Of a stretch of 64,000 bases of DNA, positions 24,376 through 38,105 are shown in pieces. Source of the DNA: Ptychomitrium polyphyllum (taxonomy: Eukaryota). The notes below the pieces were generated by a model that had not been told where the DNA came from, did no database searches, and worked only from the letters and a program-made list of their open reading frames with translations. Each line of letters begins with the position of its first letter. Position 1 is the first letter of the stretch. A program made the position numbers and the translations under genes. Location: contig OZ316775.1 in assembly GCA_973851085.1 (NCBI GenBank), positions 9,238,001-9,302,000 on the forward strand, given 5' to 3'.

Positions 24376-26688
24376 CTACACGCTTGCACAATCTGCGGGC
24401 ATGAATCCGATCACTTTGTCTTTCAGATCGTACACAATGTCGAAATTCTGCTGTTGAATATTGCCAAGAAAATTAGCCTGCAAAACTTGGGGATCTCTAT
24501 TCGGAACAATGGCCAAGCAAGTGAGATCCTTCACTCCTGGGATAGTGACGAAGCTGTTCGGGGTTGGCAAACTAAGCTGTGCTCCGTCCAGATGAATTTC
24601 CATAGTCGGAAAGCTTGGATTCGTGACACCCGCCATGTCGAAGCAAAGCTCCAGCCCAGTCATGGACGTTGTGCTTATGGGGTACTTCACCTGAGATTTG
24701 TAGGCCTGCAAATCAACAGACAAACAAACAAGTTGGAATTCGATGCTCCAAATGCAATTTGGAAAGCATCAAGGGTACATCGAGAACGTTGATGAAGTGC
24801 AACTCACCACGATAATTTGGTCGTAGGCTTTGGGAAGGAAAATCGAGACAGCAAACCCGGTGTCGATGATGGTGCCGCCTTGACCTGACGAGTCTATCTC
24901 GAAAACAGACTGGTCAATAGGCAGAAGCGTCGATCCCACGCTAATCCCCATCACACGAATATAATAGAAACTAGGGAATTTGGCGTTCGGCAAAATCGGA
25001 GTGTACTGAACTTCACCCTCTGGAATCGCAGCATCGCCCAAGTACAAGGTGCTCGTCTCTTTCGATAGCCAGTGCACAAGACAGTACGAGAATTTTTTAC
25101 CGAATGCTGCCCCGAGCTGCGAGGGTAGCGAGATAGCGCCTTGGCCTAATCCGAAAACCCCTTCAATCTCCTTGTTTTCAGCAAAAAAACCCCTGCTGAG
25201 ATCGCTCGCTCCAAAATGAAGAGTGACCTGCGTCATTGAATGCCACAAATCAATGACGTCTCCAGTAATCCGCCTGATAACATTTCAAAAGTCATGTCCT
25301 CAAAGAAGTCAAGTGCTGATTGTACCTCAGATTTCCCGCCCATAGTGAGGTCTACGGTCAACCTTTCTGTGGAGAAGTTACCGAGCGTTATGGAATGGCC
25401 ATAGTTATAGGTGTATCTGCAAGAGCCTGACAAGCATTTAGCTTTGCTTTTAAGCTCGTCGCACATTGAACTGGAGCATGCAAGCTTCTTGTAGGTGGAG
25501 GACTTGGAAGTGTCGAATATAGGGTCCACTTGCTCGTAGCAATCGCTGCAAGGCTGGCTTTGGATCCATGTAAGGTCACTGCCCGTGTCGATGACGATTC
25601 TGGCTTTCACTGGAGGTGTGCCCAAGTAGATTGGAACTAAAAACTCGCCGGCTCCTGCGGACTCTGGAAACTTCCAGTCAAAGCTCGCCGCCCCGGAAAC
25701 ACCTTCCTGCAATGGGATCGAATTCCACCAACAATTGAGCTGTACTCTGTGGACACGATACCTGACCCTTAGACTCATACAGAATCCTCCACATATACGT
25801 CTATTGTTGGAACGCAAATTTCCTTCGATATCGGTAGCTTCAGACTAAATTTGAAATCATTTATTTACGAATTATAGCTGCGATTAGGGAATCTCTCAAG
25901 AGAGAAATCTGAAAGAGATTTGTAGAGTTGGTGTTTTGGTGGAAATATGCTTACCATGTCTTTAGTGTCACTACTGAATTGTTCCGCCTTTGCTTTCTTC
26001 CCAGCCATCAGGCTGAGCCTGCGAGCGCTTCTCTCAACTGCACATGCGATATGCCGACTGCGAGACTCGACGCCTTGAAGCATTGATAATTCTGCACAGC
26101 TCGGAGATCTTCGCGTCATGTCAAAGCGAACGCCTGGAACGCCATTCTGGTTGTGACGTCGATGAGTTGATGCATGTTCTGCAGCATCGCCCTCTACAGT
26201 GACATGACAAAAACCATAATAATCTGGTAAGCAATGTTTCAGACATGGCTTCACATTTCAATTGACCAGTTAATGAAGGCTCTGGAAATCTTACAAACAA
26301 ATCAAAAGTGCTGAATCGATCATGTTCAATCATGCCAGACTCATAGTAATACTCAACGTGGTGAGCCAGAGAATAAATCACCTGCCGGTAACACTGTTGA
26401 ACCGAAACCCAATTAAGATCAGTTCTTTTCGAACAATCAGTAACTTCTAGATATTTCAATTTCGGTCGTGATACGAATCCAACTCTAGGGGGCCTTACTT
26501 GACAAACTTGAGGTAGCATGTTGATGATCAGCACTACGAGCGTGGCCGCGTGCATTTATACGGCCAGGAGCCCGTGGAACTACGTTACCATATGCTGCAA
26601 TGCTGCAGGAGCTGCTCATCAGCATCAAGAGCACGAACTTCAAAACCCCCATCGAAACTAGGAAACTAGCTGGAGAGGAGACGGCCAT
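24376..26688 (-). CDS. Pepsin-like (A1) aspartic protease, nepenthesin/CDR1 type, with signal peptide; 5 exons
   Basis: Exons 26688-26499, 26193-25955, 25706-25326, 25227-24808, 24705-24376. GEFLVPIYLGTPP, IDTGSDLTWIQSQPC, DPIFDTSKSSTY, GVFGLGQGAISLPSQL, FSYCL, GGTIIDTG, LGNIQQQNFDIVYD, PADC; hydrophobic N-terminus. Confidence 0.92.
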
Positions 26689-27800
26689 AGTATAAAGATC
26701 AAGAAAGCGCAGCAGCTCCAATAATCACTAAAATGCAATCTAAAAACGCAAGATGCAAGGTGTAAGTGAGATTGCAAGCATACAGACGAGATTATATACA
26801 GAATCAAGCTTGAGTACCTACCTAGTAAGTAGAATTTCAGCAGCGTGATCATCATGAAAGCAACTTGGAAAAATCAGCGTACTGAGAGTGATGAATGCGT
26901 GAATGGTGCAGCCAGGTGCATCGCAAGACAGTGCCTGAAGTGTGTGCAGAGCCGACAGCTTCTGGAAGGCCGTTCATGTTAAATTTAACTCCTAGTACAT
27001 TAATCTAATCTCCAAAATACTAATCTGCATCGAAATAATCATCATACATAAGTCCTTAGAATTCTTTAATTTTCACCCTAACGCCAGCAGTTTTCTTTAG
27101 TTCCAGGGCAGAGATTGAAGCTTAGCAAGATCACTCGCAGAATTTAATTTGTAGTAAAGTTATGAAATACTATCCGTATTGAGGTTTCTCAAGCAATCAT
27201 TGAGCTGAGACGTGATTGTCAACATGATCTGCGTCAACGTCGGCTTCAAACTCTTACCCAGACTTTATTGCAGCTTTAGTACAATAGCATGCTTTTGCAC
27301 GTCTTGATTCTGTAACTGTCGAATTACTGAGAAAGGGAATCTCTCACGAATTGTGTAGTACAGATGCATCCCCACACACATGAGTTATGATTTCCATTTC
27401 TTGCGGATAATATATCAAAAAACACGTCATATGAGTAAAGACGTTACAGTCCACTGCTCCGTATGGTGATATCTAACTGTCGCCCAGAATAGTGGAAAAA
27501 ATGTGTTAGAAGTTAGTGAAATGCCCTGCTAAATTGACCCAGGATGATTTTATTGGATCACCTGCCCTACGTGAGTGTAGACGCCTTTGGCACCCTGTAC
27601 TCTATAAAATGTTGTTATGAAGGCTTTCAATTCCATTAGGTCTTTAATTCCTATTTTGTTTACTACCACAAGTTTCTGGATATCTGCCTACTAAGCTCTA
27701 TACATGAAGCAACAGCTTCGTTAGAGCCATGGCCATTCAATATTCAAAACAAAGCCGAACCTGCTTGCAAAAGTAACTACAATAACGACGATCACAGCGG

Positions 27801-30800
27801 TTAAGTGAGAAGATTGGCATCCTCCACATCGTGTAACGATCTCAGCATCTTTACCTGCCATACAAATATTACAACACCAGCTCTCAGTTAGACGGGTCGC
27901 AACCAGAAATACAATTTGAGTAGAAAAACCTGATGTGGGAATGTTAATTCCAGAATGCCCTCCAGCGATTCCACTACAATATTCATCTTAAATCCCTAAA
28001 ACAGAAACAGTTGAACCCATCACGAATGATAATAATGATCAGTAGCAGCAAACACTTATTCTCCAAAACAGAAAATAACAAAGACTATACGATAAAAAAC
28101 AAGCTTCAAAATTACCTCAAACATAAGTACTGGAAGGATTCAGGCATTTCTGACAAACTAATACAACTGCAATAATTATGTGTAGTATACAGAACTATTT
28201 GACAACATTGACAGATATGATTGCAGAAAAGGCCATTAAAAACATAAAATGTACCTCAGCTTTGCTGCGAAGATACGGTAATAGCTCGTCATCATCAATC
28301 TTGTCCGTGCTTTGCATGTGGTGAACACCAAGAGCTGCTTTGTAATATCCATCTTCCAATTGTATATGTTTGACCTGTAAAATCCAAAGAAATATGTTAG
28401 TAGAAATAGAAGTCAGGAAGAACACCTCCAATAATCAGTTACTATGCACACATCAATATAAAGAAAAGTCCAGCATCTACAAACATATTTGTTTTGAACT
28501 ATGCCAACTACGAAGGCCATGGACAGAAGGATAGAAAGCTGTTCTCTAAGACCAACATCAAGTGCTAGATAAGGCATTAGTCCTCGCCAATACCACTGAA
28601 AGAGATGACACCAAAAGAGATTAGCGTACCCCACGCAAAAGAAGATACTCAATGACGAGGTCCTCCCAGTCTAGCTCACATTTTGTTTCTTGTGGTGACT
28701 GCACTAAATCCACCTTACGTCTTTTTGCTCGTGAACGTTCAACACCCGTTGGTTTCAAAGCGCTTGAGAGCATCAATTGAGAAGGCTTCAGTTGATTGTT
28801 GCCCACCCTTGACAACAGGCTCTGCTTTGCCAGGCGAATGCGATCCATTGCTGCACGAATTTTACTACAACGTCTGCAAACCAGCCAACCATAGTTTGGT
28901 TCAAAGACTGTTAGTAGTCGCCTGACTGAGAATAAGCAAGATACTACTACCTAACCAATCCATCTTCACAAGCATTTATTGCCACCAGATATTTGGATGT
29001 CAATACTTGCATACTGCTTTAATAAAGCAGAGAAATAGAAACAATTTCGATACCTGCTGTGGGCATCTGCACCAATAAGAAACGATTTCGGCCACGCTTG
29101 CCACTCGACCTCCTTCCGCTTCAGAGCTTCCACCAATTTCAACTCCACACTTCTACTATCCTCCAAAAAGACTCCGGATTGTCTTCCTGACGCGCTTGTC
29201 CCCCTCCCAGACGTGTTACAATCTGAAGCAGATTCCTGCGTATTCAACTCGTGGGATTCCATTCGGCTCTTTCGTGCGCAAGAAAGCTCCAACTCAATAG
29301 GACTCCTTGTACTGGGCCGTTGGGGCAGCTCTGAATCACTTCTGTTTTTCTTCTTTGCTCGCTTCATGTCCGACTCCAAGAACTTGAGCAGGAATGGCAA
29401 ATGTTTATCCAAAGTCTTGACAGTGATGTCCTTTCCCCACGGCAATTTTTGCCCTACTCCCACCAATGCATCCTGACACCATCAAGTCCAAAATTCAAAT
29501 TATAATGAAAGGTGCGGGAAAACGAAGAAAATATTTTGTCTGTTAAATCTTTGAAGAATATCTTGCATGGCAAAAGAGCTAATACACAAGTAGGCATTTT
29601 GTTAGGAGGAATTGACGTTTGCACACATCAAAGCAGTTTTGGTTAAGAACAAGTATTTGAACTCTAGGCTGATGGCATACCTTCAGTTCTGTAAGCCGCA
29701 TTTTACTTGTTCGCGGATGGCTATATACTTCCCGCACCACATCATCAAAATCTAGCTTGACCTGCTCAACCATGCCAAGTAGTCGCCTTCAGACGTCCTA
29801 TTCTATTATCATACAATTTCAAAAATTTTAAGACTGAAGATAAGCTGCATAAAACTACAATGGTGGATAGAAGTAGTACCTGATTGGCTTCTGCTACCAA
29901 TGCTAAAACTGCTGCCACAACCTGCACCAAACTAAAAAAATATTATGAACAAAACTGAGCCAAAAATATCATTCACGATTATGCTTGGATAAACATCCAT
30001 TGTGATAAACATCTTTCTTATCATACGGACTCTGCACAAAAAGGATGGATCGCAACAACTCTACTGGCTCCAAGGGGCAACGTAATAGTGCTACTCAGGG
30101 TGAAGATCACAGCAACTTTTGCCAATGGCACGTCTAAAGCAGCGACCAGAGAGAGGAGGCACAGCTTACTGGTAGAGGTCGCCTTCCAGTGATAATAAAC
30201 CACTGTTGCGAGCATTCCAGAAGAAAACTCCCTTGCTTTGACATAGACCGAGTCAAATCCCTATCTATTCCCTGCACAAGAACCGCGTAATAATTTCAGT
30301 ATACCAACGAACTCAACTCGCCTGAAACCATGCAATATTGCGAACTACCAAAATCAAACCAATCAAGAGATAACAACTACAAGCAAAGGAAGAAAGAGTC
30401 TAAACTAGTGCTGGATATTTAAATCAAACAGTAAACTTTAAACTTCACTTGACGAATAGAGGGAAATGGATAAATTGGACGCGTCCCAAGAGACAGTACG
30501 TACAAAGAAATACCTTTGCAAGAGCAAGGGAAGAAATTGCACGCTCCAAAAAAACGAGTGGATCTGTTTCAGGCTACGAAAACAAAAGATGTGGCTCAGA
30601 AAGACACATTTTGAGGATGACAAATATGGTTACATCAACTACCTATATTGCCCGAGTGTCAAGTCACCATCGCTAAGCCACAAAACACGCAATGGTGCAT
30701 CAAATTCTTTCCAGTAACGTTGACCTTAAATTAGAATCAAGGTTCACAAATTCAGATCACAGCATATATGTACACCAACTGATAAACCTCCTGAACCAAA

Positions 30801-31902
30801 ATAAGACAAACAAACAATGAATAGCAATGGTGATAACATTATCCACGTAAACAAAGGTGGAAAAAGCAAGATACCGAAAATCCCACAACGGTAAGCGAAA
30901 TACCAATTCCAGTTCGAGAGACTCAAGAACGCGCCGGTACATACGCCCCAATTCGACTACGCCGCAATCAACTGAGGACTGTCACAACAGAACCAGATCT
31001 TGACTTCACAACTGACATTACTGTCTATAAGAAAACTCAAGCTAGAAGGGTTAGGGTTGATGCCTTGCAGCCAGCAGAAACTAAAGCTCCAGAGAAATCA
31101 TGATATCCCAAGCTAGATAATCTAATTTAATCAACAATCTTACACATCTCGAATATGCTTAGTACCTAATTCACATTGCCAGCAACAATTACACCAATCG
31201 ACTAGAAATTCAATGCAGAATTTGATGGCAGCCGTCGTTCGTGAATATCCAAAACTTACCGCAACCTCTACAAGCGTGAGAGGAAGGCGGCTCTGACGAA
31301 CCGCTACGTAAATACAAGCGCCCACCAAAACCTCTATCCACCTGCCTTGCCCCCATTCCCCATCCAGCAATCTCTCCAACATGAACTTCACGTCTTCAAC
31401 TTTCTCATTGGGCACCCGTAAAATCGCAGTTATCTCCTTCATTTTGTTCATCACGTCCCTCTGGAAAAACCAATCAGGTTAACAGATAAATCAGTTTCTA
31501 GACAACATGCTCTATTATCTCTTCCGCTATCACCGATAGCTCCAGAAAGCGATTCAAAAGGATAGCACAAAAACAAACAGAGAATAACCAAATAGACACA
31601 CCCAGAACACCATCAATGCCAGCAATCGCCAATTTGCCACACCGCACCTTGTTCACATCCTCGCGATTGGCAGAACGAAAAAGGGACGCTCCCCCCAACC
31701 CGCACGCTGCCAAAGCTCCAGTTTCTGTACTCTTCACAAAGGTTCCCCCTCGCTCCATCACATGCCCTGCCTGATGATGAGCGCCCAAATACGTCTCCAC
31801 ATCGTCGAACACACGACCGCAATTATCACACGCCATGATCCCGTACACAGAATCCATGCTCACCGTCCCCACACCACAAGCCTCGCAAGTATCCGCTGCC
31901 AT
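27801..31902 (-). CDS. PTF2: Plant TFIIB-related factor PTF2 / BRF2-like (Zn ribbon plus two cyclin folds), about 11 exons
   Basis: CxxC...CxxC Zn ribbon (CEACG...CDNCG), GEWGQGRWIEVLVGACIYVAVR, CGVVELGRMYRRV, WFIITGRRPLP|VVAAVL, GQKLPWGKDITVK, LDWEDLVIEYLLL, IQLEDGYY. Final exon 27854-27801. Confidence 0.88.
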
Positions 31903-32849
31903 GGCTGCACAACTTAACTCCCGTCCACAAAAACACCAATCCCTCTAAATCCTAAACCCTAAACCTTCGCCACATCCCCGCATACACATCAATATCAATC
32001 CTGATCTGCACGCCCTCCACCCCCAACGCTACCCCATCTCACTTCATCCCATCATAACAGGCGGTGCCGCCATCAAGGCGCCGAAACTAGAAGCATAGAC
32101 TCCATGCAAATAAGCCACTCTCACAGGAAGAACCGCACTGCAGCGTGCGTGCATCTACCGAAACGAGCCCGGGCGAGGGAACTACGAGCGTGATCGTCTT
32201 CAGAATCAGGTTGTGAGCTCCTCTCCACTTCCAAGTCTTCGATCTGATCCTCCATCTGCTGAGCTAGTGATGTGCTTTCCTCTCGTGCAAACGGTTCTAG
32301 GGTTTGGTGTAGTCGCCTAACTGCGGGCTCTCTGTTGTAGCCACTTCTCTATAACATCCCTGCATCTCTTTCTACAACACGCTCCCTAACAAGAGGACCA
32401 CAGCATACGGCTGCTCGTCGATGCCAGGCTGAACAAGCCGCCACCATCCTCACTTCGGATCCATCGCTCCTCTCACTGCCTTCTCGTGTGCAAGTGAACT
32501 CTTTCCTTCTCACCACTCCGAAGTATTACGCTTCTCAAGGACAGGTTGCCATCCACACGGGCATGATACCATGAGCATGGAAACTGTTCCACAACTTGAG
32601 ACCAGGCGCTCTCTGTTTTTGTCGAGAAAGTAGACATCCCTTTGATGCGAGGTGTGAAGGAATCACTGCTGCAAACTTGGTGTCCTTGCACGCCGTCACC
32701 GCGTCAAAAAACAAATGTTTCTGCTTTGCATAGGGAACCGAAGTCTTTGTTTTCAACGATGTTACACTAAACCAACCGGGTATCCGTCCGTTCGTCTCGG
32801 CTGGTCTAACTGGACCAAATTTCTTTCTCCAAATTGAACCTTTTTTGGA

Positions 32850-34950
32850 TTTTGTCTTGGCGTTACTTCCTAGAGTTTTCTAACTTCATTTTAGAAGCTT
32901 TTCATTGGCTGTTTATTAGTTCTTGCTGCCGAACACTACTTTATCCACTCAGGAACTTTTTATGTTAGACAAATTTTTAACTTTAGTTAGCTACAATGCT
33001 TTCTTAGAATGAGTGCTTCTTGGAAGGGAGAAAAAGGTGAAAGTTGAATAGGACTTTTTGGAATTAGTGCGGTTTTTAAACGGTAGCTAGTTAATGATTT
33101 TGTAGGGTATTTGAAGGCCTCTTTACACCTTTTTCAATATTTGTAAAAAAAAAAATTATTAAATTTAGAGGAGTTCAATAGTTTAATTGTTTGAAGTTTT
33201 GAAGTTTTTTTGTAAGGTTTTATACCTTGTGTTTGTTGCCTACAAAAGAACAATTTAGAGATGAATGAAAAAATGAGTTGGTCACTTTTATGGCAATAAT
33301 TATTGCTAAAAAGTCATATTCAGCTTCATGTTGATTATTTAGGAAGTGCACTTTGAGCGGCAATTCAAAAGCTTGTCCATAAAAAAAGCCTTTTTATATT
33401 AAATATTATTCTATTAACCTTCCATTTTCTTTTATAAGCTGTCTTTTGCTTTAAATATTCATATTTTGGATTAAATTCATTTTCTTCTTTCATTTCTTCC
33501 AAGATATAAAGAAAACTTCATTTTGCATTAGTTTTTGCAAGGCTAATTCAAAAATCATTTAAAATTTATAAAATAATAATTTTGAGTGTAATTCCTTTTT
33601 TCAATTTAATCATATAATTGTAATTTTTTTTTTTTGTATATAACAAATTTTTAAGATGTGACTTGTAAATAAAGATTGCAAAGGAATTTTTGGAACACCT
33701 AAAATCTTAAATAATTTTTTTTTAAGTTTTGATTTTGTTTTATATATATATATTTTTAAATTCTTGTTTTACCTATGCTAATCATTTTTCAAATTCAACT
33801 ATCTAAATTGATATTTAAATATATATAATACTTTACAACTTATAATCACTTTGCATTATGAATATATTTACTTTTGATTGCATAAATGATAAGCATATAA
33901 TATATCATATTATTAGAACATATTAATGTTAAAATTATATATTATAACTTTAGGTTGTATGGTGCATATTTTGAGGCTATATTTTTGAATATATGTTATA
34001 CATATTAAGATTGTACTTTGATTATATATTATATACATTAGCACTACATAATATATCTTTGAATTACATAATATAAATAGTTGATTATTTACAAATTACA
34101 TCTTCCACCTTCTTATATCAAAGGATATTAATCTAAAGAAGTGTACATCTGTATATATATCAAGTACTTGGTTTAGGTACCATATATTGTTCTTATTATG
34201 AACTAATTTTACTTTCATCTAATTTATCTTAATATTGAAAATATTTGAAAATTATATCATTTGGTAACTCCATTCTAGTAGTATAGGATTTAAAAGGTTA
34301 GAATTTATCTCAATTTAAAAGGAATGTTGAGAAGATGCATTTGAAATTCTAACAAATACTAATTACAAAACATCTACAACTTGATTGTACCAAGTGTACT
34401 ACATAAAAACAATATTTAATATCATAAGAAGTCAATTTTGAATTTTCTTGTGAATTGCATCATGATAGGTTTCTTATAAAACTACCTTGTGATTCTAATT
34501 TATCACGCTTGCATCTTGTTGTGTTTATGAATTTAGAAAACCTTTTGAAGATATAAAATCTTGCTTTTTAAGGTTGGAATGAGTTGAGAGAAAGAATATA
34601 ATCTATCTTGTACAATTGAAAATTCTCTAGTATTTGCACTTCCATGCATTACTATATCTCTTGAATAAGTATTTCCTTACATCTTGTTTCATCACCTCAT
34701 TCTTTCCATATTTTTAGTTACAAAAATTATATCCATAAAAACGTCATATTTACATGTGACATTTTTTTCTTGTTTTTAATGAGTGAATCATCAATATATT
34801 CTTAGATCTTTTTGTAAGAAATGCATTTCAAGTTGACCTTATTGGTGTTCATAAAAACATTCTTTATAACATTTTTGTATGCTGTGAAACTGTCACGAAT
34901 ATTGCATAAGTAAGGTTTCGCAAAACAAGGTCTCAATAGTATGTTCTAAA
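32850..34950. repeat. Long AT-rich block, probable decayed transposon sequence
   Basis: About 2 kb of very low GC with poly-A/T and (TA)n runs, no ORF of 60 aa or more; flanks the GT47 pseudogene. Confidence 0.45.
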
Positions 34951-35755
34951 ATTAGGTGTAGGACAGAGCATTTTAGAATGGCGTTTTAGAAAAACACTTG
35001 CATCTAACGGAAAATCCGACCATGGTTGTTGATGATAAAACGTTCAGCTCCAGTCGACACATATAATGATTTCAATACCAGTTTGCAGCAAAGAGACCCC
35101 GATTGTATAGCATAATACAACTTCATTGATCTGCCATTTATTCTATCCTTAGGAAAGTGCACTCAAATAGAAATCTGTCGTCAGTCAGATTATCAAGGCA
35201 CAGTGAAATGTCTTGACGATGAATCTCGTGCAGGCCACGTTATAATCACCTGGAACTACTTCAACGTCATTGTGTAGGCAGGTCTGATATAAAAATAGGA
35301 GACGCACTTGATCTACATTGTTATTTTTCAACGAGTTGGAGTTATTAGCTGATGTAGATGAATCTTATAACTTCTAGTTCGAACTTCTCAGTGCACATAT
35401 TGCTTATGTGAAGGTTAAGTTTCCATGTGGGATTATAGCCAGCTCGCAATGTAATCAGTTCGGTTACAACCCTGTCAAACCCGGCGGCAAGAATTCTGTT
35501 CAAGAACAAACGATAGTTCCGACCTGTTTTCGATCGTGTCTGGCATGAGCGGTGAACCAAGGGTCTGTTAAGTCTCCCATTCGCAGCTGAACGATCGGCG
35601 TTCTCATTCTCACAGTTGCTGGGATCGACTTGCAGGAGACTGTCAGATGAGAGGTCATATAGGTGACGATTGATGTATTCGTGACCCCTTCAACAATTAT
35701 GCATACCCGTCGATCGCAAGGACCAACTCCCGGTGTCGCAGAGACACTTGTTACC

Positions 35756-37328
35756 ATGGCTTTGTCATCACCAAGCCACTCAAAGCCACACCTCATGTCT
35801 CAGCATCTCCAAGTCTTCAAAGCTCGTCGCCCACAGCCAGGACAATATATATCTATGCCTCTTCATGGTATTGGTGTTGAGTCTCATTTTCATCACCTCA
35901 GACCACGAGGTTCCCCTCCAAGCTCAAACCAGATCACGTTCTCAGATTCGTAACTGCGATAGACGACAAAATTTCATCTATGATCTCCCCAAGGAATTCA
36001 ACGACCTCATCGGCATAGGCTGCGCGAACTGGACACTCCCTTTATGGTCCATGTGCGACGAAATCCTAAACGACGGTTTCGGCGAGCTCATGAATCTGTC
36101 GACAGCCTATCATGGAGCACCGCTTCTGCAACGGCCGAGTGCGTGGTATAAGACCGACCAATTCAGCTTAGAGGTCATCTTCCACCACCGACTCGAAACC
36201 CGCCCGTGCTGAACCGAGGATCCTACCCAGGCTTCCATGTTCGACCTCCCCTACTACGTCACCCTCGACATAACGAGCAACTTGTTCAACTCAGACCTCG
36301 CCATCCGCGAGGAGCTCACCCGCTGCTTCGTCACCTGGCTACACGATCAGGAAACGCGGAAGCTCCGTCAAGTACACCGTCACGTGCTCACCGTTGGGCG
36401 TATCATATGGGACGTCTATCGCTTGCAAACTGCGACGTAGGGGAGCTCCCTCCTCACCCTTCCGGAGCTCGAGAACACCACCACGCTCCTCATCGAGCGA
36501 TGTGCTCAGCAGTTTTGTGTTTCGTCTATGGTACCCGCGTGATACATAACAATGCTATCTACCTATGTCATACCCACTCCGATACTCCGATCGTTTTGTT
36601 CTGCTTCATTCTGCCGGTTGTAGGACACAGCCGTCGCGATCCCGTACCCGAAAAACTTCCATTCGGCCTCCGACACGGAGCTTCGGTCATAGCAAACCAC
36701 AGTACGAATGGCAAAGCGCTCTCAGCTCGATTTGTTCGCAGGCTCGGCGCGGGGAACGGCGATTGAGATCATAACAGGCACGGTGCGTGACGAGCTTATC
36801 AACAAGGTTGTCAATTTTCCCAAATGTAAGCTCGTCGCGTGTACCCAGAAGCCATGCGCGGAGAATTTACAGACGATTTACAAGCTGTCTCTAGAGTCCG
36901 TGTTTTGCTTGCAACCCCCGGGTGATAGCGAAACGCGGAAGGGCATCTTCGATACGCTTCTGTTTGGATGCATATCCATTTTATATAGGAAATCGCAATC
37001 CGTGGAGCATTATCTGTGGCATCTGCTGGGGGTTGGAAGTAGCTACTCGGTTCTACTAGACGAAGGCGCCGTTGTGTTCGACCAGTACAACGTGATGGAG
37101 CACTTGGAGCGCATTCGGCAAGCAGAGGTGCAACGATTGCAGGAGAATATAGTGCAGTTGTTGCCAACGCTTCTTTTTCGGAATCTGAGGTTGAATAGTG
37201 AGTACTCGTCGAAGGACGCGTTCGACGGCGCCATCGATTTCCTCGTCGAACTCTTCGAGCGTGAGGGAGCAGGATCTACTGTGACTCTAAAAATCTGCGC
37301 TTCCGTAGAAATGTTCATATGGCCTTAG
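35756..37328 (+). pseudogene. Exostosin family (GT47, MUR3/xyloglucan galactosyltransferase-like) pseudogene
   Basis: TM IYLCLFMVLVLSLIF; CDRRQNFIYDLPKEFN, NDGFG, WYKTDQFSLEVIFHHRL, FDLPYY, HVLTVGRIIWD, AIPYPKNFH, LFAGS, SVFCLQPPGDSETRKGIFDTLLFGC, YLWHL, DAFD. In-frame stops at 36210 (TGA), 36438 (TAG) and 36690 (TAG). Probable intron ~36500-36623; start codon out of frame. Confidence 0.88.
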
Positions 37329-38105
37329 ACAGCCAACGACACGATTGTGGTAATTTGTTATTGCAAAAAGTAGCTCAATGTTTAAAGTGAAAGCTAATCA
37401 GTAGGGCTCATCAGATAGAACAGTAATTTGAAGAGTACACACTGTTGGGTGTCGATGTTGTTGTAAGTTTGCAACCTTGTTTGTGTAGACAGAGCTCCAA
37501 TATCCGCGTGTGCTTGTGTCGCCTCACACCTCGGCAACTCCAACAACTAAAACCCAATTTACTAAATTTCTCTTCTGTTCAAGCACAGGTTTTCAAAGCA
37601 TGAAATGAGCAGGAAATTGGATATGGAGAATCCAGACTTGCCAACAGATTGTGTTCTAGCTCGGGTATGATCCGAAAGAAAATGGTTTGGAAGGCTCCTA
37701 CTTTTATTCAGGCAGAAGGTTTGGGTAGATACTCGTGCTCAAAGAAAAGGTAGAGCAGCTAGAGAAGAGCACATTAAAAGCTCTAGAACATTGAAGTACA
37801 CGTAATTTACTCACAGATTGTATCTATTCACAAAGCTTTCATGTAACATCGGGTTGGTTCCCTTACTACATTGTTTTGCAGCTCAACCCTTTACTACCAG
37901 CTTTCAGAGTATAGCTTGACAAGTGCTCCGTGCTCATTGTGAACAAGCCATCAACAATCTTCTCTCCATTAAGAAATCAATCTTGAATTACAATACAACT
38001 GCGTCATACGTCTCTAAGGCACCGGGCTCAAGCTGAACTTTTTTCCGTTAACATCAACAACGCATCCTTCGTGAACCCTGCGAGCATTTGATAATAACCC
38101 AACAA

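Noticed and set aside
28850..28875. Apparent frameshift in a PTF2 exon
   Set aside because: Recounting shows the phase-2 junction gives in-frame HSRRCSKIRAAMDRI.
32771..32810. GC hairpin followed by CTAA as a possible Helitron 3' end
   Set aside because: Imperfect stem, wrong spacing and no matching 5' end found.
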